Assembly: GCA_024638285.1 (NCBI GenBank)
Contig: JAHEKP010000001.1
Coordinates: 9,093-73,092, forward strand
Reading direction: 5' to 3'
From: Cryomorphaceae bacterium
Lineage (GTDB): Bacteria; Bacteroidota; Bacteroidia; Flavobacteriales; Schleiferiaceae
Length of the DNA: 64,000 nt
Positions 29,053-38,582 of the stretch are shown here, piece by piece. The first letter of the stretch is position 1, and each line of letters begins with the position of its first letter. The translations under genes were made by a program, and so were the position numbers. Under the pieces are notes generated by a model, which saw only the letters and a list, made by a program, of their open reading frames with translations, was not told the DNA's origin and made no database searches.

Positions 29053-30204
29053 ATGAGAATTCAACTCAGTGATGAGCGCCAGGAAATGCTCGAAATGGTG
29101 CGTCAATCGGCCAAAGATTTTGCAGAGAAAAACATACGACCTAATGTCATGGAGTGGGATGAGAGTCAGCACTTTCCTGTTTCCTTGTTTAAGGAGATGG
29201 GCGCGCTTGGATTCATGGGCGTTTTAGTTCCTGAAGAATATGGGGGCGCTGGTCTTAGCTATCAGGAATACATCACTATCATTGACGAAATCGCCCAAGT
29301 TTGTGGTTCAATAGGGCTTTCTGTTGCTGCGCATAATTCACTTTGTACAGGCCATATTTTGCAGTTTGGTACGGAAGCGCAAAAGAAGAAATGGTTACCT
29401 AAGTTAGCTACCGCTGAATGGATTGGCGCTTGGGGACTCACCGAGACGGGTACAGGTTCTGATGCAGGTGGTATGGATACTACTGCTGTATTAGATGGCG
29501 ATCACTACGTGTTGAACGGTTCGAAAAATTGGATTACTCATGCTATTAGTTCTGAAATCGCTGTAGTCATTGCGCGAACAGGCGAAAAAGGTGATTCACA
29601 TGGAATGACCGCATTTGTAGTAGAGAAGAGTACCCCAGGTTTTACCGCTGGACAAAAAGAAAATAAATTGGGCATGCGCGCCTCAGAGACGGCTTGTTTA
29701 TTCTTTGATCAATGCCGTGTACCTAAAGAAAATATTTTGGGTAAGGTTGGAGACGGTTTTATTCAAGCCATGAAGATATTAGATGGAGGACGTATTTCAA
29801 TTGCCGCACTTTCCGTTGGAATTGCCCGCGGAGCAATGAATGCGGCTATCAGCTATGCAGATGAAAGGGTTCAGTTTGGCAAAAAAATTCGCTCGTTTCA
29901 AGGGGTAAGTTTTAAACTCGCGGAAATGTCAACTAAGGTCTATGCAGCAGAGTTGATGACTCGGCATGCGGGTGCTTTAAAGGAAGAAGGTAAACCCATG
30001 ACACAGGAAAGTGCCATGGCTAAATTGTACGCTTCGGAGATTTCAACAGAAGTAGCCAATGAAGCCGTTCAGGTATTTGGTGGTTACGGCTATACGAAGG
30101 ATTACCCTGTTGAGAAATTTTATCGTGATTGCAAGTTGTGTACCATTGGTGAGGGCACTTCTGAAATTCAAAAAGTGGTTATTTCGAGAAATCTATATCG
30201 ATAA
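29053..30204 (+). CDS. Acyl-CoA dehydrogenase (short/medium-chain type)
   Basis: [16 protein letters not shown], ...[34 protein letters not shown]. Confidence 0.9.
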   Translation: MRIQLSDERQEMLEMVRQSAKDFAEKNIRPNVMEWDESQHFPVSLFKEMGALGFMGVLVPEEYGGAGLSYQEYITIIDEIAQVCGSIGLSVAAHNSLCTGHILQFGTEAQKKKWLPKLATAEWIGAWGLTETGTGSDAGGMDTTAVLDGDHYVLNGSKNWITHAISSEIAVVIARTGEKGDSHGMTAFVVEKSTPGFTAGQKENKLGMRASETACLFFDQCRVPKENILGKVGDGFIQAMKILDGGRISIAALSVGIARGAMNAAISYADERVQFGKKIRSFQGVSFKLAEMSTKVYAAELMTRHAGALKEEGKPMTQESAMAKLYASEISTEVANEAVQVFGGYGYTKDYPVEKFYRDCKLCTIGEGTSEIQKVVISRNLYR

Positions 30205-30333
30205 TTTCTTTCCACCGCAGCGCTTGCTGCAATATTTGACATGCTCCCAATCTCGTTCCCATTTTTTGCGCCATGTGAAGGGTCTACCGCACGTGGCGCA
30301 AACTTTTTCGGGCAGGTGTTGTTTCTTATGCAT
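30193..30333 (-). CDS. DUF2256 zinc-ribbon small protein (46 aa)
   Basis: [43 protein letters not shown] matches the DUF2256 pattern (CxxC ... WRKKW ... YCSxRC). Only the last 46 codons of the track's 102-aa ORF are credible. It overlaps the acyl-CoA dehydrogenase 3' end by 12 nt. Confidence 0.75.
   Translation of the reverse strand: MHKKQHLPEKVCATCGRPFTWRKKWERDWEHVKYCSKRCGGKKLSI
30300..30329 (+). promoter_or_regulatory. ECF-sigma-style promoter candidate (TGT variant) upstream of TIGR03643
   Basis: AAAC (30300-30303) - N16 - TGTTTCTTAT (30320-30329). It lies inside the DUF2256 coding region. Confidence 0.35.
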
Positions 30334-30336
30334 AAC

Positions 30337-30366
30337 TATAAAACGATTGCACACATTGAAAGGTTC
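30337..30366 (-). promoter_or_regulatory. ECF-sigma-style promoter candidate upstream of DUF2256
   Basis: Minus strand reads GAAC - N17 - CGTTTTATA, then GTT ATG. It lies inside the TIGR03643 coding start region. Confidence 0.5.
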
Positions 30367-30649
30367 TGCCGTAGTTAAAAAACTTACCGAAAGAGAAGTT
30401 GATCGGATTGTCGAAATGGCTTGGGAAGATCGAACACCTTTCGATGCTATTACTGCCCAATTTGGGATTTCAGAAGCTGAAACTATTGCACTCATGCGCA
30501 ATCAAATGAAGCCAAAATCATGGCGCATGTGGCGTGCTCGGGTTCAAGGGCGTGGAACCAAGCATATTGCAAAACGAGACTTTGAAGTAGGCCGTCATAA
30601 GTGTAGTCGTCAACGCGCTATCTCATTTAATAAGATTTCCAAGCGATAA
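30356..30649 (+). CDS. TIGR03643 / DUF2805 family protein
   Basis: [62 protein letters not shown] matches my memory of this family. No in-frame ATG lies upstream of the conserved core, so the start must be a TTG, at 30356 or 30347. Confidence 0.7.
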   Translation: MKGSAVVKKLTEREVDRIVEMAWEDRTPFDAITAQFGISEAETIALMRNQMKPKSWRMWRARVQGRGTKHIAKRDFEVGRHKCSRQRAISFNKISKR

Positions 30650-30773
30650 TTTCCTCTATATACATCTTGTTAATCAGTGACTTACGTCGTTCGCTCATTG
30701 TTCGTAAGCCATTGAGTGAAACGCTTTTTTCGCATTAAAAAATGCCTTATTTTCGGTGTTCAACCTGACTATT

Positions 30774-33700
30774 ATGAAATTGAAACGTTTTCTAGCCATT
30801 GCAGTGCTTTCCTTGATGTCTTTCCAAGGGTTTGCTTCGCACCTTCTGGGTGGTGAGATTGTATGGAAATGTAAACCTAACGGCAAGTACCAGTTTACGC
30901 TCGTTCTTTACCGCGAGTGTGGAGGTATAACGTTGCCAACTTCAGCACAATCTTTAGCTACAAATGCCGGAGTAAGTATTTCCTGTGCTTTCATCAGTAC
31001 TACGGATGTTGTCCCTTCGTGTTACACAGGTACGACTTCATGTTCTGGGGCAACTTCTGGAACGGGTAAAATGCAGAAATATGTCTATCGCTCAGGAGAT
31101 ATCACGTTAACTGGAACGCCTCCTGCATCAGGTTGGTACTTTACTTGGAGTAGCTGCTGTCGCCCTAGCTCGATCTCAAATGTTGTGAGTCCAGGAGGAG
31201 CAAGTTATCTATTGCGTGCTATCATGTATCCTTACACTCCACCTGGTGCTACTGGGCCGCTTTCTGCCGGAACAGCCGCAAACCCTACCTGTTTCGATAG
31301 TTCGCCAAACTTTTTAGAAGATCCTCAAGTAATTTCATGTACAGGTGTCGATGTAGTGTACAATAATTTGGGCTACGATCCAGATTTAGATTCGTTATAT
31401 TACAACTGGTCATACCCTTGGGATGCATCGTCTTATTCCGCAAACCCATCGACCAATTCAGTAAATTTCGTTTCAGGTTATTCATGGAACAGTCCTCTAC
31501 CTAGTGGTTCAACATCTACACCCGCTTCTATAGACGGTGAAACCGGAGAGGTAACGTTCAATTCCGGTGTAGCCGGTTCTTGGGCGACTTGTGTTGTCAT
31601 TGAAGAGTGGCGTTGTGGACAGAAAGTAGGTGAGGTATATAGAGATATCCCCATTGTAACCCTTTCTTGCACGCCGCCTACAGGTTTGTGTTCTTCTGCC
31701 TTTGTAGATGAGGCGCCGGACATGTCATTGACTCCGGATAATTCCTTAATGAATGCGACCGTGTTAACGCCAGTGACTAATTCAGCTGGTGATACTATTT
31801 ATTATTACACAGAAGTCTTTCCAGGAGATACTGTTCGTTTTAAAATCACAGCATCTGATGCCTATCCAAACCCAAACTGTTCTTCTCAAGACATACAGTT
31901 TAGCGCATCTGGTGGTAATTTAAGTTCAGCAGCAAACTATGGTAATGCCAATTCTTGTTTGTTTAATCCACCTTGTGCAACGCTTACCTCTTTAAATCCC
32001 GGTGGTGTATTCACTTATCCAGGATTGAACGATGCTCAATTTAACTGGAACATTACGTGTGACCACCTCTTTTACCAAGAGTACCAATGTGGGACACTAA
32101 AATCAGAATATTCGTTCTACCTGCGAATGCAGGATGATCAATGTCCTATCAACCGCTTTTCCTACAAGAAGGTGGTGGTAAAGGTGAAAAACTACATGCC
32201 GGGCATGCCCAATGTTGATAACACCTGTATCCAACAAGACGATCTCGGTGTCACTTTTGATTGGGTAGCTAACCCAGATACCGGTTTTAATTGGGACTTC
32301 TACGTCATCAATCATATTGATACCTTAGGCAATACTACTATTGTAGATACCATTTATGATTGGGCTACCCAGACCTATACTCATACAGGAGCTGATCCCA
32401 ATGCTGTAAATGGATACACTATTCAAGTCGGAGGGGGATGTGGACTTTTATCAGATCCTACACCGGTTTTACAAAACATACGTGTTGCTTTGCAAGCATT
32501 TCCGCCACCTCCAAACTCATCTATTGCACAAATCGATTGGAACTCCTGGATGCGCGGAAACGACTCTACCGCATACGATATTTGGGTTGAGGCACCCATT
32601 AATTCAGGGAATTGGACCCAATTAGGGACGACTATGGATACAACCTGGACGGACACTGTTGCCTTTTGTGGTGAGTGGTTAAATTACCAAGTGCGCTATG
32701 GTGCTACTTGTGTAAGTTCTTCCGACAGCGGATTCTTCTCAGATAAAACACCACCTGCTCCAATAGTTTTTGATAGTGTAACGGTTGCAGGCGGTAATTT
32801 AGCGGCAATGTCTTGGCAAGCCTCTTCGGATAGTGATGTGGTATACTACCGCATTTACAGAAGAGATAACTCAGGCTTCTTACAACCAGTAGATTCTATT
32901 CTCGCGTCAGATTATGCGACTTCAATGCCGTACATCTATCAGTTATCCAATGCGGAAAACGAAAGTGAAGAGTACGTTATCACTGCAATTGATAGTTGTG
33001 GAAACCAAAGTAGTGTCGGGAATACCGTTCCATCAAGCACTATCTACCTTTTCTTAGGAATTGATCCATGTGATGGATACGCCCGTATTCGCTGGAATAC
33101 ATATAAAACGTGGACGCAGACTCAGCCAAAGGAATACAATCTGTACTGTGATATTACCGATCCATTAGGAGGAGTTCTCTCGGGTGTACTTTTAAAGGGA
33201 GGTACGTTAGATACCACGTTCAATCACTACGGCATCATCAATGGATATACATATTGTTACTATGTACGCGCCGTGGACACGACGGGAACCATCACAAGTA
33301 CATCGAATAAGATTTGTAATAGCTCAGCTGTGGTTCAAGGATCAAAAGTGCTGTACTTAGGTAGAGCTTCTGTAACCTCTCAGAACGGTATTGATCTTTA
33401 TGCTTATATCGATAAGGATGCAGATGTGATCGATTATCAAATCCAGCGTGCCGATGCGGAAATTGGTCCCTATTTGACCATAGGTAATGTTGCTAAGCCT
33501 ACTTTAGGTCCGTGGGAAGTGAAGTTTTTAGATTACACTGCAGATCCTATGAATAGAAAGTACTTCTATCGTATTGCTTCGCGCGATTCATGTGGTGCTT
33601 TAGACACCTTGTCGAATCTAGGAACGAACATACTGTTAAATGTAGAAGCAATAGGTAATCTTTCGAACACGCTTACTTGGACGCATTATAGAGAATTTGA

Positions 33701-34217
33701 TGCAGGTGTAGAAGAGTACAAGATTTATAGGTCCATTGATGGTGGATCATCGTATTCTTTAGCCGCAACAACAACAGATTCAGTATATAATGATGATATC
33801 AAGCCTTATTCCAATTCTAAAGGTAAATTCTGTTATTATATAAAGGCCATTGCGAAAGACGGTGTCATCCCGTGGCGCGATGAATTTGGCGAGAAATTTA
33901 ATGCTCGTTCAAACGAGGCTTGTGCTGTGCATAAAGCACGTCTCTGGGTCCCGAGCGCATTTAGTCCAAATTCCGATGTGCTTGAAAACAGAAAGTGGAA
34001 GCCGCAAGGTGTATTTGCAAGGCCAGATAGCTACACGTTATTCATCATGAACCGTTGGGGACAAGAGGTATTTAGAACCAATGATCTAAACGAAAGTTGG
34101 GATGGGAAGGTGAACGGTGACTTAGCCGCTATTGGGGTTTATACCTATTACATTAAGTATAGAAGTATTGAGGATGTTCCTATCGAGGAACGTGGAACCT
34201 TTACCTTACTGAACTAA
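30774..34217 (+). CDS. Large surface protein with gliding-motility-associated (T9SS type-B) C-terminal domain
   Basis: Signal peptide MKLKRFLAIAVLSLMSFQGFA, Ig/FN3-like repeats, and a C-terminal VPSAFSPNSD...NRWGQEVF...WDGKVNG...GVYTYYIKY motif characteristic of the type-B sorting domain. Confidence 0.8.
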   Translation: MKLKRFLAIAVLSLMSFQGFASHLLGGEIVWKCKPNGKYQFTLVLYRECGGITLPTSAQSLATNAGVSISCAFISTTDVVPSCYTGTTSCSGATSGTGKMQKYVYRSGDITLTGTPPASGWYFTWSSCCRPSSISNVVSPGGASYLLRAIMYPYTPPGATGPLSAGTAANPTCFDSSPNFLEDPQVISCTGVDVVYNNLGYDPDLDSLYYNWSYPWDASSYSANPSTNSVNFVSGYSWNSPLPSGSTSTPASIDGETGEVTFNSGVAGSWATCVVIEEWRCGQKVGEVYRDIPIVTLSCTPPTGLCSSAFVDEAPDMSLTPDNSLMNATVLTPVTNSAGDTIYYYTEVFPGDTVRFKITASDAYPNPNCSSQDIQFSASGGNLSSAANYGNANSCLFNPPCATLTSLNPGGVFTYPGLNDAQFNWNITCDHLFYQEYQCGTLKSEYSFYLRMQDDQCPINRFSYKKVVVKVKNYMPGMPNVDNTCIQQDDLGVTFDWVANPDTGFNWDFYVINHIDTLGNTTIVDTIYDWATQTYTHTGADPNAVNGYTIQVGGGCGLLSDPTPVLQNIRVALQAFPPPPNSSIAQIDWNSWMRGNDSTAYDIWVEAPINSGNWTQLGTTMDTTWTDTVAFCGEWLNYQVRYGATCVSSSDSGFFSDKTPPAPIVFDSVTVAGGNLAAMSWQASSDSDVVYYRIYRRDNSGFLQPVDSILASDYATSMPYIYQLSNAENESEEYVITAIDSCGNQSSVGNTVPSSTIYLFLGIDPCDGYARIRWNTYKTWTQTQPKEYNLYCDITDPLGGVLSGVLLKGGTLDTTFNHYGIINGYTYCYYVRAVDTTGTITSTSNKICNSSAVVQGSKVLYLGRASVTSQNGIDLYAYIDKDADVIDYQIQRADAEIGPYLTIGNVAKPTLGPWEVKFLDYTADPMNRKYFYRIASRDSCGALDTLSNLGTNILLNVEAIGNLSNTLTWTHYREFDAGVEEYKIYRSIDGGSSYSLAATTTDSVYNDDIKPYSNSKGKFCYYIKAIAKDGVIPWRDEFGEKFNARSNEACAVHKARLWVPSAFSPNSDVLENRKWKPQGVFARPDSYTLFIMNRWGQEVFRTNDLNESWDGKVNGDLAAIGVYTYYIKYRSIEDVPIEERGTFTLLN

Positions 34218-34237
34218 TTGTTAAAATATTATGAATA

Positions 34238-34268
34238 TAGCACGGGCGACCAAAGGTCGCCCGTGCTA
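34238..34268 (+). terminator. Strong stem-loop after the type-B T9SS gene (terminator-like, weak T tract)
   Basis: Perfect 14-bp stem TAGCACGGGCGACC / GGTCGCCCGTGCTA with an AAA loop. Only a short T-containing tail follows. Confidence 0.65.
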
Positions 34269-34284
34269 GTTCGTAGAAATTGCT

Positions 34285-34292
34285 TAATTTTG
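34285..34292 (+). promoter_or_regulatory. Bacteroidetes -7 box upstream of guaB
   Basis: TAATTTTG, 24 nt before the ATG at 34317 and downstream of the 34238-34268 hairpin. Confidence 0.45.
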
Positions 34293-34316
34293 GGCGCAAT
34301 TCAAATCGGAATTGCC

Positions 34317-35789
34317 ATGTCTTACAACAACGATAAAGTTCTAGGTCTAGGACTTACTTACGACGACGTACTCTTAGTACCTAATTATTCTGAAGTTCTA
34401 CCGCGCGATGTGGATTTATCTTCTAGGTTCTCTAAGAACATTGGGATGAAAACACCTATTGCAAGTGCCGCAATGGATACGGTTACTGAAAGTGCAATGG
34501 CCATAGCAATTGCTCAGGAAGGTGGAATTGGTGTGATTCATAAGAACATGACTATTGAGCAGCAAGCTGTTGAGGTGCGTAAGGTTAAACGCGCGGAGAG
34601 CGGGATGATTTTAGATCCTGTGACACTTACAAAAGACGCTACTGTTCGAGATGCAAATGCGATGATGGCAGAGTTTCGGATTGGTGGCATCCCCGTTGTA
34701 AATGAAAATAGAGAGCTCATAGGCATCGTGACAAATCGTGATTTGCGCTTTGAGAAGGATAATGACCGCCTTATTAGTGAAGTAATGACTAAGGATAACC
34801 TTGTTACGACTAAACCAAACGGCAGTATGGACGAGGCGGAATCTATGTTGCAAGAGCATAAAATAGAGAAGTTGCCAGTAGTTGACGATCAAAACAAACT
34901 AGTGGGGCTTATTACCTATCGTGATATCACGAAAATAAAGATCAAGCCAAATGCCAATAAGGATGAATTTGGTCGTTTACGGGTTGCCGCGGCCGTTGGG
35001 GTTACACAAGATGTTGTTGACCGCGTTACAGCCCTAAATGAGAGTGGGGTTGACGCTGTAATCATTGATACTGCCCACGGTCATACCAAAGGCGTAGTAG
35101 AAGCCCTTCAACGAGTGAAAGCTAAGTTTCCTAATTTAGATGTAGTTGTTGGTAATATTGCGACTCCTGAGGCTGCACTGTATTTAATGGAAGCCGGAGC
35201 AGATGCTGTTAAGGTGGGAATTGGTCCAGGTTCTATTTGTACTACGCGTATCGTAGCGGGTGTTGGTTTTCCTCAATTGAGTGCCGTTATGGAAATAGCA
35301 AAGGCCATTGACAATAGAATTCCAGTTATTGCTGATGGTGGCATCCGTTTTACAGGAGATATTGTTAAAGCGCTTGCAGCAGGCGCAGATTGCGTAATGT
35401 TGGGATCTATGTTTGCTGGGACAAAAGAAAGTCCTGGTGAAACCGTCATTTACGAAGGGAGAAAATACAAGACTTACAGAGGAATGGGCAGCGTCGAAGC
35501 GATGACTGACGGTTCTAAAGACCGCTATTTCCAAGATGTTGAGGATGATGTAAAGAAATTGGTTCCGGAAGGTATCGTGGGACGAGTGCCTTACAAAGGT
35601 GAAGTCAGTGAGGTCATGTACCAGTTTATTGGTGGATTACGCGCCGGTATGGGCTATTGTGGATCAAAGGACATTCCAACTTTGAAGGAATCGGCCAGAT
35701 TTATACAAATTACGGCGGCTGGGATGCAAGAAAGTCATCCGCACAACGTAAGTATTACAAGAGAAGCACCTAATTACAGTAGAAGATAA
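34317..35789 (+). CDS. guaB: IMP dehydrogenase
   Basis: [17 protein letters not shown] pair, [11 protein letters not shown] catalytic loop, [18 protein letters not shown] chose the ATG at 34317, downstream of a terminator hairpin and a TAATTTTG box. Confidence 0.95.
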   Translation: MSYNNDKVLGLGLTYDDVLLVPNYSEVLPRDVDLSSRFSKNIGMKTPIASAAMDTVTESAMAIAIAQEGGIGVIHKNMTIEQQAVEVRKVKRAESGMILDPVTLTKDATVRDANAMMAEFRIGGIPVVNENRELIGIVTNRDLRFEKDNDRLISEVMTKDNLVTTKPNGSMDEAESMLQEHKIEKLPVVDDQNKLVGLITYRDITKIKIKPNANKDEFGRLRVAAAVGVTQDVVDRVTALNESGVDAVIIDTAHGHTKGVVEALQRVKAKFPNLDVVVGNIATPEAALYLMEAGADAVKVGIGPGSICTTRIVAGVGFPQLSAVMEIAKAIDNRIPVIADGGIRFTGDIVKALAAGADCVMLGSMFAGTKESPGETVIYEGRKYKTYRGMGSVEAMTDGSKDRYFQDVEDDVKKLVPEGIVGRVPYKGEVSEVMYQFIGGLRAGMGYCGSKDIPTLKESARFIQITAAGMQESHPHNVSITREAPNYSRR

Positions 35790-35790
35790 A

Positions 35791-37737
35791 ATGATGAAGA
35801 AATTGTTATGGATGGCCCTAGTTTTTGTGGGCGTACAATCGAATGCTCAAGAAGTATTGTTTACTGTTGGAAATCAAAGTGTAACTACTGAAGAGTTTAA
35901 AGCAGTATATGAGAAAAATAAAGGTGTTGGGGCTGCTTTAGATCCTAAAACACCTGAAGAGTATTTAGAGCTTTACATCAATTTTAAATTGAAAATTGCT
36001 GAGGCCTATGCACAGCAACGGGATACCGCAGCAAGTTTTAAAAGTGAGTTTGGTGGGTATCGTGCGCAATTAGCAAAGCCGTACTTAAGTGATCAAGGTG
36101 CTGAAAAAGAGCTTGTTGAGCAAGCTTATTCAAGAATGAAAGAAGAGGTGCGTGCTGCACACATTATGATTGCACTTGAGGCAAATGCGCTTCCTTCTGA
36201 TACCTTAAAGGCATATCAGCAATTGTTGGATTTACGCAATTCGATTTTATCGGGAAAAACTAAATTCGAGGATGCTGCGCGCGAGACGAGCGCGGACACT
36301 TGGAGCGCAAAAAATGGCGGAGATTTAGGTTACTTCACGGTCTTTAATATGGTCTATCCGTTTGAATCAGCAGCGTACGAATTGGAAGTTGGTAATTTGT
36401 CCAAACCTGTTCGCAGCCAGTATGGCTACCATTTAGTTAAATTATTGGACCGTCGTCCCGCGAGCGGCGCGGTACGTGTGCGTCATATTTTCTTTGCATC
36501 TAATGGAAAATCGTCGTTGCAAGAGCAGCAACGTGCAGAACGTAGTGCAAAAGAGATCTATAGTCGACTAGAGAGTGGTGAGGATTTTATTTCCCTACTA
36601 GAGTTTAGTGAAGATCGCAAGACAAAAGATACCATGGGTGAACTTCCTGAATTTGGTATCAATAAAATGATGCCTGCATTTGAAGAAGCCGCTTTTGCTC
36701 TGGAGGCACCTGGTGATTATTCTGCACCAGTAGAAACCAGTATAGGTTGGCACGTGATCCAATTGATTGAAAAAAAGCCGCTACCGTCTTTTGATGATAT
36801 GAAGTCTGAACTTTCAAAAAAAGTAAAAAGGGATACTAGAAGTAGAGTGGGTGCTACACGATTCATGAAGCGTTTGAAGTCAGAGTATAACTTTACAATA
36901 GACGAACGTTGGTTGGGTCGCACCATGAACCTTGTGGATAAAAATGCCTTTGGCACCGGACAATGGGAACTGCCAACTCTATCTCGTGATCGCGTGGTTG
37001 CTACGTTTGCTTCTGAGAAGATTTACCAAAGTGAGGTACTCGAATTTTGGTCGAAGAACCAGAGACAGGACAATGAAGCGGTTCGTGTAGAATTCTTAAG
37101 AGTGCTTTTCAATATGCACGCGAACGATCGCATGATTGCTTATGAAGATGGACAATTGGAATTGAAGCATGCGGATTTTAGAAACTTAGTTCGTGAGTAT
37201 AAAGAAGGAATTCTTTTGTTTGATCTCACACAAGATGCTGTTTGGAACAAAGCTGCTAAGGATACTGCTGGTATTGCGAAGCATTACGAGTTGATCAAAG
37301 ATCAATTCCGCTGGGAAGACCGCGTTCTTGCCACTTATTGGGTGAGCAGCGATGAAAAATTGGCTAAAAAAATTGCAAAATGGACCGCAAAAGGAAGATC
37401 GGAGAAAGTTCAAGAATTATTGCAAGATGAAGATGCTTTAAGTGTTGCGGTACAAAACGGAACGTATCAGCGTGAAGATAATTCGGTAATTGAAGCCCTA
37501 TGGCAACAAGAGGCTGGTGTTTTTGGCCCTGTCCAGCTTGATAACGGCAGCTTTGGCGTAGTGCAGATTAATGAATTCATTCCAAGCGCACCTAAAGCGT
37601 TGAATGAGATCAAAGGGTTGGTCATAGCGAGTTATCAAGATGTACTTGAGAAGGAATGGATAAGTGCCTTAAAAGAAAAATTTGAGGTACAGGTGAGCGA
37701 GGAAGCTAAAGCAGTTCTTATTCGCGAATTGCGTTAA
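35791..37737 (+). CDS. Peptidyl-prolyl cis-trans isomerase, parvulin (PpiC) type, periplasmic chaperone-like
   Basis: Signal peptide. Parvulin domains (GGDLGYFTVFNMVYPFESAAYELEVGNLSKPVRSQYGYHLVKL; a second ...SIGWHVIQL). Confidence 0.8.
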   Translation: MMKKLLWMALVFVGVQSNAQEVLFTVGNQSVTTEEFKAVYEKNKGVGAALDPKTPEEYLELYINFKLKIAEAYAQQRDTAASFKSEFGGYRAQLAKPYLSDQGAEKELVEQAYSRMKEEVRAAHIMIALEANALPSDTLKAYQQLLDLRNSILSGKTKFEDAARETSADTWSAKNGGDLGYFTVFNMVYPFESAAYELEVGNLSKPVRSQYGYHLVKLLDRRPASGAVRVRHIFFASNGKSSLQEQQRAERSAKEIYSRLESGEDFISLLEFSEDRKTKDTMGELPEFGINKMMPAFEEAAFALEAPGDYSAPVETSIGWHVIQLIEKKPLPSFDDMKSELSKKVKRDTRSRVGATRFMKRLKSEYNFTIDERWLGRTMNLVDKNAFGTGQWELPTLSRDRVVATFASEKIYQSEVLEFWSKNQRQDNEAVRVEFLRVLFNMHANDRMIAYEDGQLELKHADFRNLVREYKEGILLFDLTQDAVWNKAAKDTAGIAKHYELIKDQFRWEDRVLATYWVSSDEKLAKKIAKWTAKGRSEKVQELLQDEDALSVAVQNGTYQREDNSVIEALWQQEAGVFGPVQLDNGSFGVVQINEFIPSAPKALNEIKGLVIASYQDVLEKEWISALKEKFEVQVSEEAKAVLIRELR

Positions 37738-38582
37738 TGGTAAAGCAAATCTTCATAGGGCTTGTTGCACTTGCATCAGTAGCGTGTGTTTCTAATGGGA
37801 CAGCGGAACCGGATGTATTGGCGGAATTGGGTAATAAAAAGCTGTTAGTAGAAGATATAGCACATCATTTGCCCAAGGCAGGGGAGATGAATGCGGCAGA
37901 TAGCACTTCATTAGTTAACCGTTTAGTGCGTCAATGGGCTGAAAATGAACTGTTAGTTGAGGCGGCGGAGTTTAATTTACAAGCGGAATTGGCCGATTTT
38001 ACCGAGCTCGTCAAGCAGTATCGAAATGATTTGCTGAAACATGCGTATATCGATGGTTATGTGGGTCAACATTTAGACACTACCATTACTTCTGATCAAA
38101 TTCAAGAATACTACGATCAAAACTTGAGTAATTTCGAACTCAAAGAAAGTATCGTTCAAGCATTTTATGCTGCGGCGCCACTAAAGGCCCAGAAAACGCA
38201 AGAGGCGAAGCGCTGGTTTTTGTCCGAACGTTACCAGGATAAATATTTGGATTGGGCAGAAGTATTTGTGACGAAACAAAGCAATTATGGGGATTCAGCT
38301 TGGGTACCGATGATGGATTTCCTTGAAGAAATTCCCCTAGAATCGAACAATCCGTATAACTATTTAAATAGAAGAAAAAGATTTACATGCGAAGACACGG
38401 CAATGGTGTATTTTGTGCAGGTAAATGCCCTTCGGATAAAGGACAGTTATAGTCCACTTCCTTATGTTGAGGAACGCATTAAGAAAGTACTGTTGAACAA
38501 GCGTCGACTGACGCTCATAGAGCAGATTGAAGAAAATATTATTAAACATGCAATTGAAGAAGGCGCACTTATTATACACTAG
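37737..38582 (+). CDS. Lipoprotein, SurA-N-like chaperone-associated hypothetical
   Basis: Lipobox-like ALASVACVSNG. TAATG start/stop overlap with the upstream PPIase. No catalytic parvulin motif seen. Confidence 0.45.
   Translation: MVKQIFIGLVALASVACVSNGTAEPDVLAELGNKKLLVEDIAHHLPKAGEMNAADSTSLVNRLVRQWAENELLVEAAEFNLQAELADFTELVKQYRNDLLKHAYIDGYVGQHLDTTITSDQIQEYYDQNLSNFELKESIVQAFYAAAPLKAQKTQEAKRWFLSERYQDKYLDWAEVFVTKQSNYGDSAWVPMMDFLEEIPLESNNPYNYLNRRKRFTCEDTAMVYFVQVNALRIKDSYSPLPYVEERIKKVLLNKRRLTLIEQIEENIIKHAIEEGALIIH

Noticed and set aside
30334-30501. N-terminal 56 codons of the 102-aa minus-strand ORF
   Set aside because: This part is antisense to the conserved TIGR03643 core and has no protein-like features. 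DUF2256 proteins are about 45-50 aa, so the start is the ATG at 30333.
30059-30649. 196-aa plus-strand ORF from the track
   Set aside because: It is chimeric. The first ~95 codons are an alternative frame of the acyl-CoA dehydrogenase 3' end and antisense to DUF2256. Only the C-terminal ~97 aa (from the TTG at 30347/30356) resemble a real family (TIGR03643).
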